NCBI GenBank assembly: GCA_963677125.1 | Contig: OY781882.1 | Location: 5,490,518 to 5,514,517, forward strand | Reading direction: 5' to 3' | Source: an uncultured Desulfobacter sp. | Lineage (GTDB): Bacteria > Desulfobacterota > Desulfobacteria > Desulfobacterales > Desulfobacteraceae | DNA length: 24,000 nt | Shown: piece after piece, positions 1-10,077 of the stretch | How the letters are laid out: every line of letters starts with the position of its first letter | Numbering within the stretch: position 1 is the first letter of the stretch | Program-made: the position numbers and the translations under genes | Notes under the pieces: model-generated | What the model saw: only the letters and a program-made list of their open reading frames with translations | Databases searched by the model: none | What the model was told of the DNA's origin: nothing

Positions 1-297
1 GCTTTTGTGTGAAAGCTCCCCAAGGGCAGTAAGAAAAATGACCGGTATCTCACGGGTGCGCTTTAACACTTTTAGCTGTTTACAGACCTGGTAGCCGTCT
101 ATACCCGGCATCATGATATCTAAAAGGATCAGGTCCGGCGGATCTTCAGCCGTCATTTCCAAGGCAGACTCTCCGTCTGTGGCGACTCTGATATCGTAGG
201 ATTCCCCTAAGATGTCCATCAGGAGGTCGATGTTTAATTTTGTATCATCCACTACCAGAATGACATCCTTTTCTTGCTTGTTTAAAAATTCAGTCAT
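1..297 (-). CDS. Response regulator with N-terminal receiver domain, truncated by the left window edge
   Basis: Reading 297->1 on the minus strand gives MTEFLNKQEKDVILVVDDTKLNIDLLMDILGESYDIRVATDGESALEMTAEDPPDLILLDIMMPGIDGYQVCKQLKVLKRTREIPVIFLTALGELSHKS, with no stop before the edge. REC hallmarks are present: VVDD, LLDIMMPGIDG, FLTA. The ATG (cat 295-297) overlaps the 3' end of the upstream kinase gene (stop 290-292). Confidence 0.88.
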   Translation of the reverse strand, partial: MTEFLNKQEKDVILVVDDTKLNIDLLMDILGESYDIRVATDGESALEMTAEDPPDLILLDIMMPGIDGYQVCKQLKVLKRTREIPVIFLTALGELSHKS

Positions 298-3200
298 TGA
301 ATTGCTCCAGTTCGGATATTAGGGCGGTTAGCAGTGCGCCTGCCTCTTTGAACTTGTATTTACCAACCATGGTATTTAATTCTTCAAGCCTGGCCCTGTA
401 TTGATCCGGCCAGGTATAGCCGTTTATTTTTTCAAGACCCTCTTTAACCGGTTTTGGTTTGTGTTTTGTGATATGAGGCACAAGGGGTTTAAGAAATTCT
501 AATAAGTGTTGGGATTCGCCTTTTTCTAATGATTCGGATGGGCTGTTTTGTTCCGCTGTCCGGGTCAGGGGGGCCAGGGTTTCTAAAATCGTTTCAAGTT
601 CTTTTTTAAACTTTTGGCGCAGGGGTATGATTTGATCCGGGCCTGAGTTCGACCTCAGGCCGCTTTCCAAGTTTGCTGCAGTTGTTTGAAGGGGTTTTGC
701 GCCAATGGTTCCGGCCAGGCCTTTAACCGTATGTACCAACCGGCCGGCTGTCTCTTGGTCCCGGTCCAGAATCGCTTTTTCAAGTGCTGCTGCAGTCTCT
801 TGGTTCTCTGCATGAAACTTTGCCAATAAATGGATGTAGCGTTTTTTGTTTTGGCCCATCCTGGCCAGTCCCTGGGCAATATCAATGCCTTTTAAGGGCG
901 GCAGATTCGGTTCATCGTTTTGTGTTGTTTCGGCATTGGTTGCGTTGATGACGCGTTTGCCGGGTGTTATCCATTTGACCAGGACCCTGAAAAGTTCAGA
1001 CGGATTGATGGGCTTGGTGACATAGTCGTTCATTCCGATCGCGAGAACCTCGTCTTTTACGCCGCTCATGGCGTCGGCGGTCATGGCAATGATGGGCGGC
1101 TGTCCCCTCTCAAGGTCAAGACTGCGAATATGCCGGGTGGCCATCCTGCCGTCCATTACCGGCATCTGCAGGTCCATGAGTACGGCATCAAATGTTTGGG
1201 CGGATACCATGTCCACCCCGATCTGCCCGTTATCAGCCACCTCAACAAAAAAACCCTCTTGTTCAAGCAGTTCCACCGCCAGCTCTTGATTTATTTCATT
1301 GTCCTCAACCAACAAAAGCCTGGCACCCAGGATGTTGTTAAAATTTTCAGGCCGCTCTTCCTCTGTTTTTTTTCTGCGGCTCACGGAGCCCGATTCCTGT
1401 TGCCCAAAGGCCATCATTACCGCATCCAATAGCATGGAAGGCGTTATCGGCTTTGAAAGCACCGTATCAATGCCCAATGTGGCGGCTTGCACCATGACCG
1501 CCTGTCGATCATGGCTCGTTACCATGATAATCGAAGGACTCTTTTTGAGCCCCATATCCTGAACAATATGTCCGGCTGTCTCAATACCGTCTATACCAGG
1601 CATCTGCCGGTCCAGGATTATTAAATCATATTGGCCGGATTGGTCCTGTTCCGCTTTTTCCAGTTTTTCTATGGCGGCGCGGCCTGACAATGCGGCCTGC
1701 ACATCAAAAGAGAATGCCTCCAGATAACTGGTTATGACCCGGCAAAAGGTTTGATTATCGTCCACCACCAGGGTTTTTAAACCATTTAAGCCCTGGGGGA
1801 TGCATTGCTTCTTCTTTTTTTTCTGTCCGGTTCTGCCGAATTTGGCTGTGAACCGGAATGTGGAGCCCTTGCCCGGTTCACTGGTCACCCCGATGGTGCC
1901 GCCCATCAATTCACAGAGTCTTTTACAGATGGAAAGGCCTAAACCGGAACCGCCGTATCGCCTTGTGGTGGTGGTGTCTGCCTGGTGAAAGGCTTGAAAC
2001 AGTTTAGCCTGCTGCTCCCGGCTCAGGCCGATGCCTGTATCTCGTACCTCAAATTTAAGCACGGCTTCATGGGGCAGGATGTCTATCCCAGAGATGGATA
2101 CCTCAATTTCTCCTTTTTCAGTGAATTTAATTGCATTGTTGGCCAGATTCAGCAGGATTTGACCCAGTCGCAAGGGATCGCCTATGAGAAAAATCGGCAC
2201 GGTTGTATCCATGTTGAATATCAATTCCAGCCCCTTTTCCCGGGTTTTTCCCGCGATCAGCCCGGACAGGTTGTCAAGCACGGCGTTCAGGTTAAAATCA
2301 ATTTTTTCAATCGTCAGTTTGCCTGCCTCAATTTTGGAAAAATCAAGAATATCATTGATGATACCCAGAAGATTTTGGGCGGAAAGATGCACTTTTTCAA
2401 TGTAATTGCGTTGTTTTGCATTTAACTGTGTTTTTAATGTCAGGTGCGTCATGCCAAGGATCGCATTCATGGGGGTTCGGATTTCATGACTCATGTTGGC
2501 AAGGAAATCCGACTTGGCCCGTGTAGCTTCTTCGGCCTTTTCCTTGGCATTTATGACTTCCAGCTCCGCTTTCTTACGTTCCGTGATATCCATAAGCCAG
2601 GCTAGAATCCTTTGCCCGCCGTTATGGTTGAGCCGCACAAAACTGAGCATGACATCCATTATTTCCCCTGTTGCGCTGTACATCTGAAGCTCTTCATTGA
2701 CAACGGGTTCATTTCTATTCAACCTGTTGACTAATTCGTCCCGCTTGTGGGGGATTACATAGAGATTTGCCGGGCGTTCTCCTTTTCTCACCCCAAACAT
2801 TTCCACAAATTGGGGATTGCAGAAATCAAGCACTCCGTGAGTTGAAGAGGCAACGCCCACCGGACTGTTATCCAGAATCAGGCGAAGGTTTTTTTCTGAT
2901 GTTTTCAGGGCTTCTTCTGCGGCCTTTCGTTCAGAGATGTCCCTGATGGATGCCACCACCAAAATACCGGACCTGCTTTGTATGGGGCTTACGCTGATTT
3001 CCACGGGAATCAGAGCGCCTGTTTTGGCACGAATGGTTTGCTCCATACTGAATCTAACGGGTTTTGGGGGCGCAGTCTGATCAAGCAGTTTGGCTTTGAC
3101 CTCCTTCATGCAGGCGTGTGCTTGTTCCGGAAACAGTATATCCACCGTGGCACCCAAAAGTTCAGCTCTTTCATATCCAAACAACAGTTCTGTTTGGGAG

Positions 3201-5431
3201 TTGACCAGGATGATATCACTTTCTTCATCACAGGCCATCATTGCGTCAGGTGCCGATTCCAGCAGTGCTGAAAACAGTTCCTGGTTTTCTTTAAGTTCCA
3301 GGGTGCGCTCCGCCACCTTTTCTTCAAGGTCCGCTTTTGCCGCTTCAAGGGTTTTTCGGGTACGGTCGCCCAGGCTGAGGACCAGAAGAACGCAAAACAC
3401 GGAGAGGACCAGGGTCAGGCCGAGAATGATAAAAACGGCCGTTCGGATTTGATGGAATCCTGCCATGGCCTCTTCAATGTCTATCTCTGCTGCAAGGCCC
3501 AGGTCAAGGTCCGGATTCCAGAGCCAGACCCCGAAGACCGGAACGCCTCTGTAATCCCGGTAGCCTTGCATATTTTCTTCCATTGAAGAGGCTCCGTGCG
3601 TAATCTGTTTATCCGCCAGCCGACGCCGGAGCGCAAGGGCCTGTTTGGCCAAATGGGTCAAGGGCTGTTCCGATCGAGGTGTCTCTGTCTGAAACCCTTG
3701 GGTCAAATTCCCGCCCGGATCTCTAAGGTCAAGGGTCAACGCGCTTGATTCATACGATTTTAAAAGGCCTATCTCTTTAAGCTGAGCGTCGAACCGGCTT
3801 GGGGTGACCATTCTGCCGGTTTGGTCAAAGGCATAAATATCATCGGTTACCCATCGCCCAAAAGATCTCGTTAATTGTGTCAGATCTTTCAGGGGGGCGA
3901 TCGTAAGTGCGATAACCGCAATGATCTCGTCGTCGGGTCCTGCAACAGGACTGACCACCACCATGTCGGATTTTATTTTTGAATTGCTGCTGCCAATAGG
4001 GGGAATCATTGGGGGTATGAAAAGTGTTTCCCCCATAAATGCTCTTTTCAAGCGGCCCGGATACTGCAGTGATACCGGATGTCGTATGCCGATAGTTGAA
4101 TTGTCTGCGGCACCGATCACGAAATGATCCGGACTAATAATGCAAAAATCGGTATAGGAAAAGTCGGTGCCGTGGGTGGCAAAAAAAGTTCTGGCATCTT
4201 CCTGGGCTGCGGATGCCGTTGTTTGTTTTTCGGTGTAATAGTCATAAAGCAGCCGGCGGGTGATGCCGATAAGGGATGGCTTTTTAACTAGATGGTTTAT
4301 GGAGGCCTTTCGATCCATGATCCACATATCTGCTCTGTCTTGGGTTAACTCCAGCATCAGTCGCAGATGGGAGGTCATGTCCCTGATTGTGGAATCCCGG
4401 GTTTTTTCCATCATCAGCCATCCTAAACTCGATATGGTCAGCACAAAAAGGCATAGTCCTGCAACAACCAGCAGGCGAAACCGGGGAGTGCCGAACAGAA
4501 CCGCTACCCGCTCCTGGCCCATTCCTTTGGAAAGGATCAGGAGGATGACAAGGATGACGGCCGAAAAAACAGCGCTTAGTATGCCTATGGTTTTCGGCGT
4601 GATCGTTACAGGCGTTCGGTTCGAGTGGTCCGGTTCATCGGATAAGTTGACGTAATGATTTATGATTGATTGTTTCTGGGTTTCCGGTATGAGGTTTAAT
4701 GCCTTTTCAAGGATGCTCGCAAGTTCGGGCCGGTCCTTGGGCGCACCGATGGCGAGTATGGAACCTGGCCTGTTCAGTCTGCCATGGAACTTCAGGCTCC
4801 CCATGACCTCCTTTCCCATGATATAGGCTGCAACCGTCCGGTTGCCTACGTAAGCATCCGCTTCCGCCCTGGCTACTGCATCCAGAGCCAAAGCCGTATC
4901 GGGGTAAGTCTTTATTTTTATATCTGGATATTTTTGCTTGAAATAGGAGACGCTGTAAAAACCTTTTTCCAGGGCCAGGGTTTTTTGGGCCAGGTCTTTT
5001 TCCGATTCATAATAGGTCCCTTTTTTGGGGCCGACGATAACATGAGGGATGTTGAGATAAGGACTTGTGAAATTTAAGAATTTTTTTCTGTCCGGCCTGG
5101 GGGTGATGTCCATGATGGCATCCAGTTCCCCGTTCCTGACTTTCTGCAGATTTTCGGCAAAAGGCCCCGGCACCACCATCAGCCGACCGCCCAAAGAGTG
5201 ATTCATTGCCTTGATATAGTCAATACCGATACCGGCCGGGGTGCCTGTGCTGTCGATGAAATCCATGGGCGGCCATGCATCCATGACGCCGATTGTGATT
5301 CGGGGATGTGCCGTAAGCCATTTTACTTCTTTGCCCGTAAGGTTTTGCAACGGTTTTGCCACGCTTTGCAACGGGAGTGTAAAAAGTATGAGTATGACTA
5401 AGCAGACGATATGTTTTTTTATCTTTCTCAT
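290..5431 (-). CDS. BvgS/EvgS-like hybrid sensor histidine kinase: signal peptide, bacterial solute-binding type 3 domain, TM, extracytoplasmic Cache-like domain, TM, two PAS, HisKA, HATPase, REC, REC, Hpt, C-terminal extension
   Basis: 1713 aa ORF. N-terminal signal (MRKIKKHIVCLVILILFTLPLQSVA); SBP-3-like 'RITIGVMDAWPPMDFIDSTGTPAGIGIDYI' and 'GELDAIMDITPRPDRKKFLNFTSPY'; further TM segments; HisKA '[22 protein letters not shown]'; HATPase 'GLGLSICKRLCELMGGTIGVTSEPGKGSTF'; receivers 'LKTLVVDDNQ...IILDRQMPGIDG' and '[13 protein letters not shown]...LMDLQMPVMDG'; Hpt 'RLVHTVKGLAGTIGA'. Confidence 0.93.
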   Translation of the reverse strand: MRKIKKHIVCLVILILFTLPLQSVAKPLQNLTGKEVKWLTAHPRITIGVMDAWPPMDFIDSTGTPAGIGIDYIKAMNHSLGGRLMVVPGPFAENLQKVRNGELDAIMDITPRPDRKKFLNFTSPYLNIPHVIVGPKKGTYYESEKDLAQKTLALEKGFYSVSYFKQKYPDIKIKTYPDTALALDAVARAEADAYVGNRTVAAYIMGKEVMGSLKFHGRLNRPGSILAIGAPKDRPELASILEKALNLIPETQKQSIINHYVNLSDEPDHSNRTPVTITPKTIGILSAVFSAVILVILLILSKGMGQERVAVLFGTPRFRLLVVAGLCLFVLTISSLGWLMMEKTRDSTIRDMTSHLRLMLELTQDRADMWIMDRKASINHLVKKPSLIGITRRLLYDYYTEKQTTASAAQEDARTFFATHGTDFSYTDFCIISPDHFVIGAADNSTIGIRHPVSLQYPGRLKRAFMGETLFIPPMIPPIGSSNSKIKSDMVVVSPVAGPDDEIIAVIALTIAPLKDLTQLTRSFGRWVTDDIYAFDQTGRMVTPSRFDAQLKEIGLLKSYESSALTLDLRDPGGNLTQGFQTETPRSEQPLTHLAKQALALRRRLADKQITHGASSMEENMQGYRDYRGVPVFGVWLWNPDLDLGLAAEIDIEEAMAGFHQIRTAVFIILGLTLVLSVFCVLLVLSLGDRTRKTLEAAKADLEEKVAERTLELKENQELFSALLESAPDAMMACDEESDIILVNSQTELLFGYERAELLGATVDILFPEQAHACMKEVKAKLLDQTAPPKPVRFSMEQTIRAKTGALIPVEISVSPIQSRSGILVVASIRDISERKAAEEALKTSEKNLRLILDNSPVGVASSTHGVLDFCNPQFVEMFGVRKGERPANLYVIPHKRDELVNRLNRNEPVVNEELQMYSATGEIMDVMLSFVRLNHNGGQRILAWLMDITERKKAELEVINAKEKAEEATRAKSDFLANMSHEIRTPMNAILGMTHLTLKTQLNAKQRNYIEKVHLSAQNLLGIINDILDFSKIEAGKLTIEKIDFNLNAVLDNLSGLIAGKTREKGLELIFNMDTTVPIFLIGDPLRLGQILLNLANNAIKFTEKGEIEVSISGIDILPHEAVLKFEVRDTGIGLSREQQAKLFQAFHQADTTTTRRYGGSGLGLSICKRLCELMGGTIGVTSEPGKGSTFRFTAKFGRTGQKKKKKQCIPQGLNGLKTLVVDDNQTFCRVITSYLEAFSFDVQAALSGRAAIEKLEKAEQDQSGQYDLIILDRQMPGIDGIETAGHIVQDMGLKKSPSIIMVTSHDRQAVMVQAATLGIDTVLSKPITPSMLLDAVMMAFGQQESGSVSRRKKTEEERPENFNNILGARLLLVEDNEINQELAVELLEQEGFFVEVADNGQIGVDMVSAQTFDAVLMDLQMPVMDGRMATRHIRSLDLERGQPPIIAMTADAMSGVKDEVLAIGMNDYVTKPINPSELFRVLVKWITPGKRVINATNAETTQNDEPNLPPLKGIDIAQGLARMGQNKKRYIHLLAKFHAENQETAAALEKAILDRDQETAGRLVHTVKGLAGTIGAKPLQTTAANLESGLRSNSGPDQIIPLRQKFKKELETILETLAPLTRTAEQNSPSESLEKGESQHLLEFLKPLVPHITKHKPKPVKEGLEKINGYTWPDQYRARLEELNTMVGKYKFKEAGALLTALISELEQFND

Positions 5432-5488
5432 TACAGATTCCCTAAGGGCATTGGCGTGTAATTTTAACTATGGGTTGATCTGGGGTAT

Positions 5489-6601
5489 TTATTCATTTTC
5501 GGTTGTTTTTTCTCCGGTAAGCGCCTGTTTTTCCTCTTGGGAATCGGCCAGTGAAGAGGCGATTTGTAAAAATTCGTCTTCAATCGTTGAAAGCATTTCC
5601 ACCATTACCGGGTCAAAATGGGTACCACTTTCTTTAGTTATAATATCCATGGCTTTGGCATGGCTGAAGGGCGGTTTATAGACCCGTTTGGAAATCAGGG
5701 CATCGTAGACATCCGCAATGGCCATCAGTCGTCCGGAAACAGGAATATCTTCCCCCCTAAGGCCGTTGGGGTAACCTGAACCGTCCCATTTTTCATGGTG
5801 GGTGTAGGCGATTCTTCGGGCATACTGCATAAATGAGTTATTTCCCAGTTTTTCTTCTGCAATTTTAAGGGCATCTCTGCCGTATATGGTATGGTTTTTC
5901 ATCTCTTCAAACTCTTCATCGGTAAGTTTACCGGGCTTGAGAAGGATGCTGTCGGCCACCCCGACTTTGCCGATATCATGGAGTGGCGCTGATTTGTAGA
6001 GCAGGTCAATCACCTCGTCGGTCAATATTTGTTCGAACGTCGGCACTGTTTTGAGCCGGCGGGCAAGAGCGCGAACGTACCGCTGGGTTCTCAGGATATG
6101 CCCCCCGGTTTCAGGGTCCCGGGTCTCGGCCAGACTGGCCAGGCTATATATGGTGACTTCCTGGGTCAGTGCCAGTTCCTTTGTTCTCAACGCCACCAGT
6201 TCCTGGAGATGGTCCTGGTGTTTTTTCAGTTCCAACTGGTTTGATACCCGGGCTTTGACCAGTTCGGGCGAAAAGGGTTTGGTCACGTAATCCACTGCCC
6301 CGAGTGCCAGTCCTTTGGCTTCGTTTTGTTCGTCTGCCATGGCCGTTAAAAAGATGACCGGGATATCGTGGGTCAACGGGTCATCTTTTAGACGCCGGCA
6401 CACCTCATAGCCGTCCATGCCGGGCATCATGATGTCAAGCAGAATAATATCGGGCTTTTCTTCTGCCACGTTTTCCAGTGCGGATTCTCCGTCCAGGGCC
6501 ACCTGGATGTCGTAGGTGTCCCCCAATGTTTCCATCAATATATCGATATTGGTCTCGGTATCATCCACAATTAAAATGGTCGATTGTTCGTTTTCTTCCA
6601 T
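5489..6601 (-). CDS. Response regulator with REC plus HD-GYP domain (predicted cyclic-di-GMP phosphodiesterase, RpfG-like)
   Basis: 370 aa. REC 'ILIVDDTETNIDILMETLG...ILLDIMMPGMDGYEVC'; HD-GYP hallmarks 'SAPLHDIGKVGVADSILLKPGKL' and 'HHEKWDGSGYPNGLRGEDIP'. Confidence 0.95.
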   Translation of the reverse strand: MEENEQSTILIVDDTETNIDILMETLGDTYDIQVALDGESALENVAEEKPDIILLDIMMPGMDGYEVCRRLKDDPLTHDIPVIFLTAMADEQNEAKGLALGAVDYVTKPFSPELVKARVSNQLELKKHQDHLQELVALRTKELALTQEVTIYSLASLAETRDPETGGHILRTQRYVRALARRLKTVPTFEQILTDEVIDLLYKSAPLHDIGKVGVADSILLKPGKLTDEEFEEMKNHTIYGRDALKIAEEKLGNNSFMQYARRIAYTHHEKWDGSGYPNGLRGEDIPVSGRLMAIADVYDALISKRVYKPPFSHAKAMDIITKESGTHFDPVMVEMLSTIEDEFLQIASSLADSQEEKQALTGEKTTENE

Positions 6602-6628
6602 TGTGTTTCTCCTGGTTCTCGTATCTTT

Positions 6629-9478
6629 TTAGGTGTTTTTTTCTTGATGTGTTTGAAGCTTTTCGTGAACAGCCTCGGCAATGGGCAAAATTTCTTTAAA
6701 TTTATAGCGGCCGGCAAGTTTGTTGATTTTTTGAAGATCATTTAAAAACGCTTTTGGCCATCCCAGCGTATTGATTTTAGCTACATTGAGTTTTATCTGT
6801 TTGGCCTGACGTTTTTTCAGAAAAGGGATCAGCCGTTCAATGCATTGAATCAGTTCCGTGGTATCCGCGATTTTGGATGGAATGCTCAACGGTGTTTCCT
6901 CTTGCTTCAGTACGGCGAGCCCCTCCTGAACGATGGCCATTTCCTGAGCAAACCGTGCCATCTCTTTTTTATCCGGCAGTTCCTGGTTTGGGTTGGATTT
7001 CAGTTTAGCCTCAACAACCTGTGCTGCTGCCTGAAGTTTTTTCGCCCCCAGATTTCCGGCAACACCCTTGATGGAGTGCGCCAGGCGCCGGGCGTCTTCA
7101 AAGGCATTTTCTTTTATCAATGAATCGAGCTGTTCTGCCGCATCTGCATAATCTCTTTTAACTTTCAGCAGTAAGTGTTTGTATAATTTTTTATTGTTGT
7201 TGATTCGGTCTAACCCCTGGACCATATCAATGCCCGGCAGCGATTCCGGCAATCCATCAAAGGTCTGTTCATCCTTTTGGACTTCGGATTGGGCTTCTGA
7301 TTGTTCTGGGGCCGGAACAGGCAGGGGGACGTCTCTTTTTGCAGGCTTTATCCATTGGACCAATGCCTTGAACAACTCCTGCGGATTGATGGGTTTGGTG
7401 ACATGTTCCTGCATGCCGACTTTAAGGCTTTTTTCCCGGTCTCCGGACATGGCATGGGCGGTCATGGCAATAATGGGAAGGGTTTGGGCCGTTTTTACCT
7501 CTCTGATCTTTTTTGTCGCCTCCATGCCGCCCATCACCGGCATTTGGATGTCCATTAAAACCAGGTCATAATTTTTTTCAAGGGCTGCATGAACCCCCTC
7601 TTTCCCATTGTCGGCAACGTCCACAATCAAGCCCGCCCCCTGTAGAATTTCCACCGCAACCTCCTGGTTGATCTCATTGTCTTCCACCAGAAGAATCCGC
7701 GCGCCACGGATTTGTTCAATTTTCCGGTGATAGGGCTGCTGGTCACGGCGTGATTTGATTTGAATCCTTCGGCCAAAGGCGACCATGATGGCATCAAACA
7801 GCTCAGACTGAGTAACAGGTTTGACAATGATGCCGTCTAACCCCACTCCCTTTGACTGCTCTCCCGCTTCAGTGCGGTCATAGGCTGTTGCCATAATGAT
7901 TTTGGGTTTTGGTTCAAGATTGGGTAATGCCATGATTGCCCGAGTGGTCTCCACGCCGTCCATGCCCGGCATCTGCCAGTCAATGAGCATCATTTGAAAC
8001 GGATCTGTCTTTGAATCGCGTTGAATCAGATCAATGGCGTCGGCGCCAGTGGATAGGCTGACCGTCCTGAATCCCATGGCCCCCAGATATGATTCGAATA
8101 TTTCCCGGGCTGTGGCATTGTCATCCACCACCAATACCCGCATTTGGTGCAGTTGATCATCGGTTTCAACCTGTTTGAACGTCATGTTGTTGTCCGAAAT
8201 GCCGAATCGTGCCGTAAAAAAGAACGTTGATCCTTTTCCGCATTCAGAAGAGACGCCGATGTTCCCTCCCATCATTTCAGCCAAGCGTTTTGAAATGGTC
8301 AGCCCCAGGCCTGTTCCGCCATACTTGCGGGTGGTGGATGTGTCCGCCTGGGAAAATGCCTGGAATAAATTGCTTTGCTGCTCTTTTGTCATGCCGATGC
8401 CGGTGTCTTTAACGGAGAACTTGAGCAGGACACTCTGTTCATACCGTTTGGCAATGCGACATGTCATGAGCACTTCCCCTTTTTCCGTGAATTTGGCGGC
8501 ATTGCCGGCCAGATTCACCAGAATCTGTTTCAGGCGCAAGGGATCGCCTGTCAACATCTTGGGCAAATTCGGGGCAATTCGTACAAGCAGTTCCAATCCC
8601 TTTTCCGATGTTTTGACCGCTGCCAGATCCGAGGCTTGTGACATGACCGAATCAATTGAAAAATCCACTGACTCCATATCCAGTTTACCCGCTTCGATTT
8701 TGGAAAAATCCAGAATATCATTGATTAATCCCAAAAGGGCATTGGCGGCCCCGTCGATTTTGTTCAAATAATCGGTCTGTTTGGGGGTCAATTCAGTTTT
8801 AAGCGCCAGGTGGGTCATACCGATGATGGCGTTCATGGGTGTTCTGATTTCATGGCTCATGTTGGCCAGAAAATCACTTTTGGCCTGGGTGGCGGATTCC
8901 GCCTGTTTTTTGGCTTCATCAAGATCGTCCATGATGTTGAGCATGGCGCGTTTGGCCCTGGCCAGCTCCGCCACCTGATTTTTAAGTTCCAGGGTCGCCA
9001 TTTTTGTTTTTTGCTGGGCTTCTTTGAGTTCCTGATTTTTTTTTAACAAGTCATGGAGCAGCTCTTCTTTTAGGGGCGCTCCCAGCATCTCCCGGGTCTT
9101 TTCAATCAGGGATTGCGACAGAGAAAAGTCCGGATCCGGCAGTTTTTTTTCGCCGGTAAAGCATGTCTGGTCTCCATTGATCCCGGATACATCGCTATGG
9201 CTGAAATAGCTTGCGGCCAACGTTTTTTTGACGTGATCAAACGGTTCGATTCTGACGTGTATGGCATGCCCGTATTCCTGACGTTCCAATAAGATTTCGG
9301 CCTGTGTTTTTTTATCTTTGTGCTCATCTTCCCACGAGATCAACTCCGTGAAAATCGTTGCGAATTTAGCAGCCTGAATGTCATCGAATCCAAACCAGGT
9401 TGACATTTCGAAAAGTTTTAACCCGGTTTCTTTCAACCCTGATTTTGTACCCAATGAGAATTTTCCAAGTTCGATCAT
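6629..9478 (-). CDS. Soluble hybrid histidine kinase: N-terminal RsbT/RsbW-like degenerate domain (inferred), coiled coil, HisKA, HATPase, REC, REC, Hpt, C-terminal extension
   Basis: The ORF track starts at 9502, but the internal ATG at 9476-9478 ([14 protein letters not shown]...) overlaps the upstream stop (9475-9477) in an ATGA arrangement and is the more likely start. HisKA '[25 protein letters not shown]', HATPase '[35 protein letters not shown]', REC 'MRVLVVDDN...[11 protein letters not shown]' and '[13 protein letters not shown]...[11 protein letters not shown]', Hpt '[18 protein letters not shown]'. No TM segment seen. Confidence 0.92.
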   Translation of the reverse strand: MIELGKFSLGTKSGLKETGLKLFEMSTWFGFDDIQAAKFATIFTELISWEDEHKDKKTQAEILLERQEYGHAIHVRIEPFDHVKKTLAASYFSHSDVSGINGDQTCFTGEKKLPDPDFSLSQSLIEKTREMLGAPLKEELLHDLLKKNQELKEAQQKTKMATLELKNQVAELARAKRAMLNIMDDLDEAKKQAESATQAKSDFLANMSHEIRTPMNAIIGMTHLALKTELTPKQTDYLNKIDGAANALLGLINDILDFSKIEAGKLDMESVDFSIDSVMSQASDLAAVKTSEKGLELLVRIAPNLPKMLTGDPLRLKQILVNLAGNAAKFTEKGEVLMTCRIAKRYEQSVLLKFSVKDTGIGMTKEQQSNLFQAFSQADTSTTRKYGGTGLGLTISKRLAEMMGGNIGVSSECGKGSTFFFTARFGISDNNMTFKQVETDDQLHQMRVLVVDDNATAREIFESYLGAMGFRTVSLSTGADAIDLIQRDSKTDPFQMMLIDWQMPGMDGVETTRAIMALPNLEPKPKIIMATAYDRTEAGEQSKGVGLDGIIVKPVTQSELFDAIMVAFGRRIQIKSRRDQQPYHRKIEQIRGARILLVEDNEINQEVAVEILQGAGLIVDVADNGKEGVHAALEKNYDLVLMDIQMPVMGGMEATKKIREVKTAQTLPIIAMTAHAMSGDREKSLKVGMQEHVTKPINPQELFKALVQWIKPAKRDVPLPVPAPEQSEAQSEVQKDEQTFDGLPESLPGIDMVQGLDRINNNKKLYKHLLLKVKRDYADAAEQLDSLIKENAFEDARRLAHSIKGVAGNLGAKKLQAAAQVVEAKLKSNPNQELPDKKEMARFAQEMAIVQEGLAVLKQEETPLSIPSKIADTTELIQCIERLIPFLKKRQAKQIKLNVAKINTLGWPKAFLNDLQKINKLAGRYKFKEILPIAEAVHEKLQTHQEKNT

Positions 9479-10074
9479 ACGCCGACCCTCAATACAATGC
9501 ATGATAGATCATCAGATCCTTTCCCAAGATTGGTGATGAAATTGTTGCAGATATCCTCGGCACGGCCCGTGGTGATGCCTGGGTAGGCATTGGGATCAAA
9601 GTGTTCTTTGATCCCGTCAGAGGTCATAACCAGAATATCTCCGGGCATCATCCGGGTTTCGGACTGGGCAGGGGAGGGCATCATATAGCCCACAATGCCG
9701 TCTTTTGTGACAAGGGTTACCTGGCTTGTTCCGAATAATCGCAGATGAATATTCCCCATTCCTGAATATTGAAGCATCCCCGTGTCTATATCGAGTCTGC
9801 AGGCGGCCGCCACGGCACCCCGGGTTCCCTTTAAACACTGATGCAGACCGTTGATAATTTCGGTCAACGGCTTTGAATAATTTTGGGCCAGGTACTCTTT
9901 TGAAAGCCGTGCCACTTGCGCCGCATGTTTTCCATGTCCGAGCACATCCACCAGGGCAAGGAAACAAAAATTGTCGTACGCTTTGACAAAGCCGATATCC
10001 CCACACTCGTCCGGCTCTCCGGTCAACGCTTTTTTTTCTATGTGAAAATCAATGATCTGCCCGTTTAGTCTCAT
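9475..10074 (-). CDS. rsbX-like: SpoIIE/PP2C-type serine phosphatase, RsbX-like (single catalytic domain)
   Basis: About 199 aa: '[80 protein letters not shown]...[16 protein letters not shown]...[10 protein letters not shown]' is typical SpoIIE/RsbX PPM phosphatase. The track start 10077 is a TTG; the ATG at 10072-10074 is preferred. It sits immediately downstream of the rsbT-like gene. Confidence 0.85.
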   Translation of the reverse strand: MRLNGQIIDFHIEKKALTGEPDECGDIGFVKAYDNFCFLALVDVLGHGKHAAQVARLSKEYLAQNYSKPLTEIINGLHQCLKGTRGAVAAACRLDIDTGMLQYSGMGNIHLRLFGTSQVTLVTKDGIVGYMMPSPAQSETRMMPGDILVMTSDGIKEHFDPNAYPGITTGRAEDICNNFITNLGKGSDDLSCIVLRVGV

Positions 10075-10077
10075 CAA

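Noticed and set aside
920-1432. 170-aa plus-strand ORF antisense to the BvgS-like kinase
   Set aside because: Lies fully inside the REC/Hpt coding region of a clear minus-strand gene; composition is that of a mirrored reading frame.
5241-5681. 146-aa plus-strand ORF spanning the 5' end of the kinase and the HD-GYP 3' end
   Set aside because: Overlaps two well supported minus-strand genes; no recognisable protein features beyond shadow composition.
8175-8771. 198-aa plus-strand ORF, longest antisense ORF
   Set aside because: Mirror of the HisKA/HATPase coding region of the hybrid kinase, which has full domain support on the other strand.
9617-10006. 129-aa minus-strand ORF in another frame of the rsbX-like gene
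   Set aside because: Out-of-frame reading of a gene with clear SpoIIE/PP2C motifs; Arg/Pro/Cys-rich composition is typical of a shadow frame.
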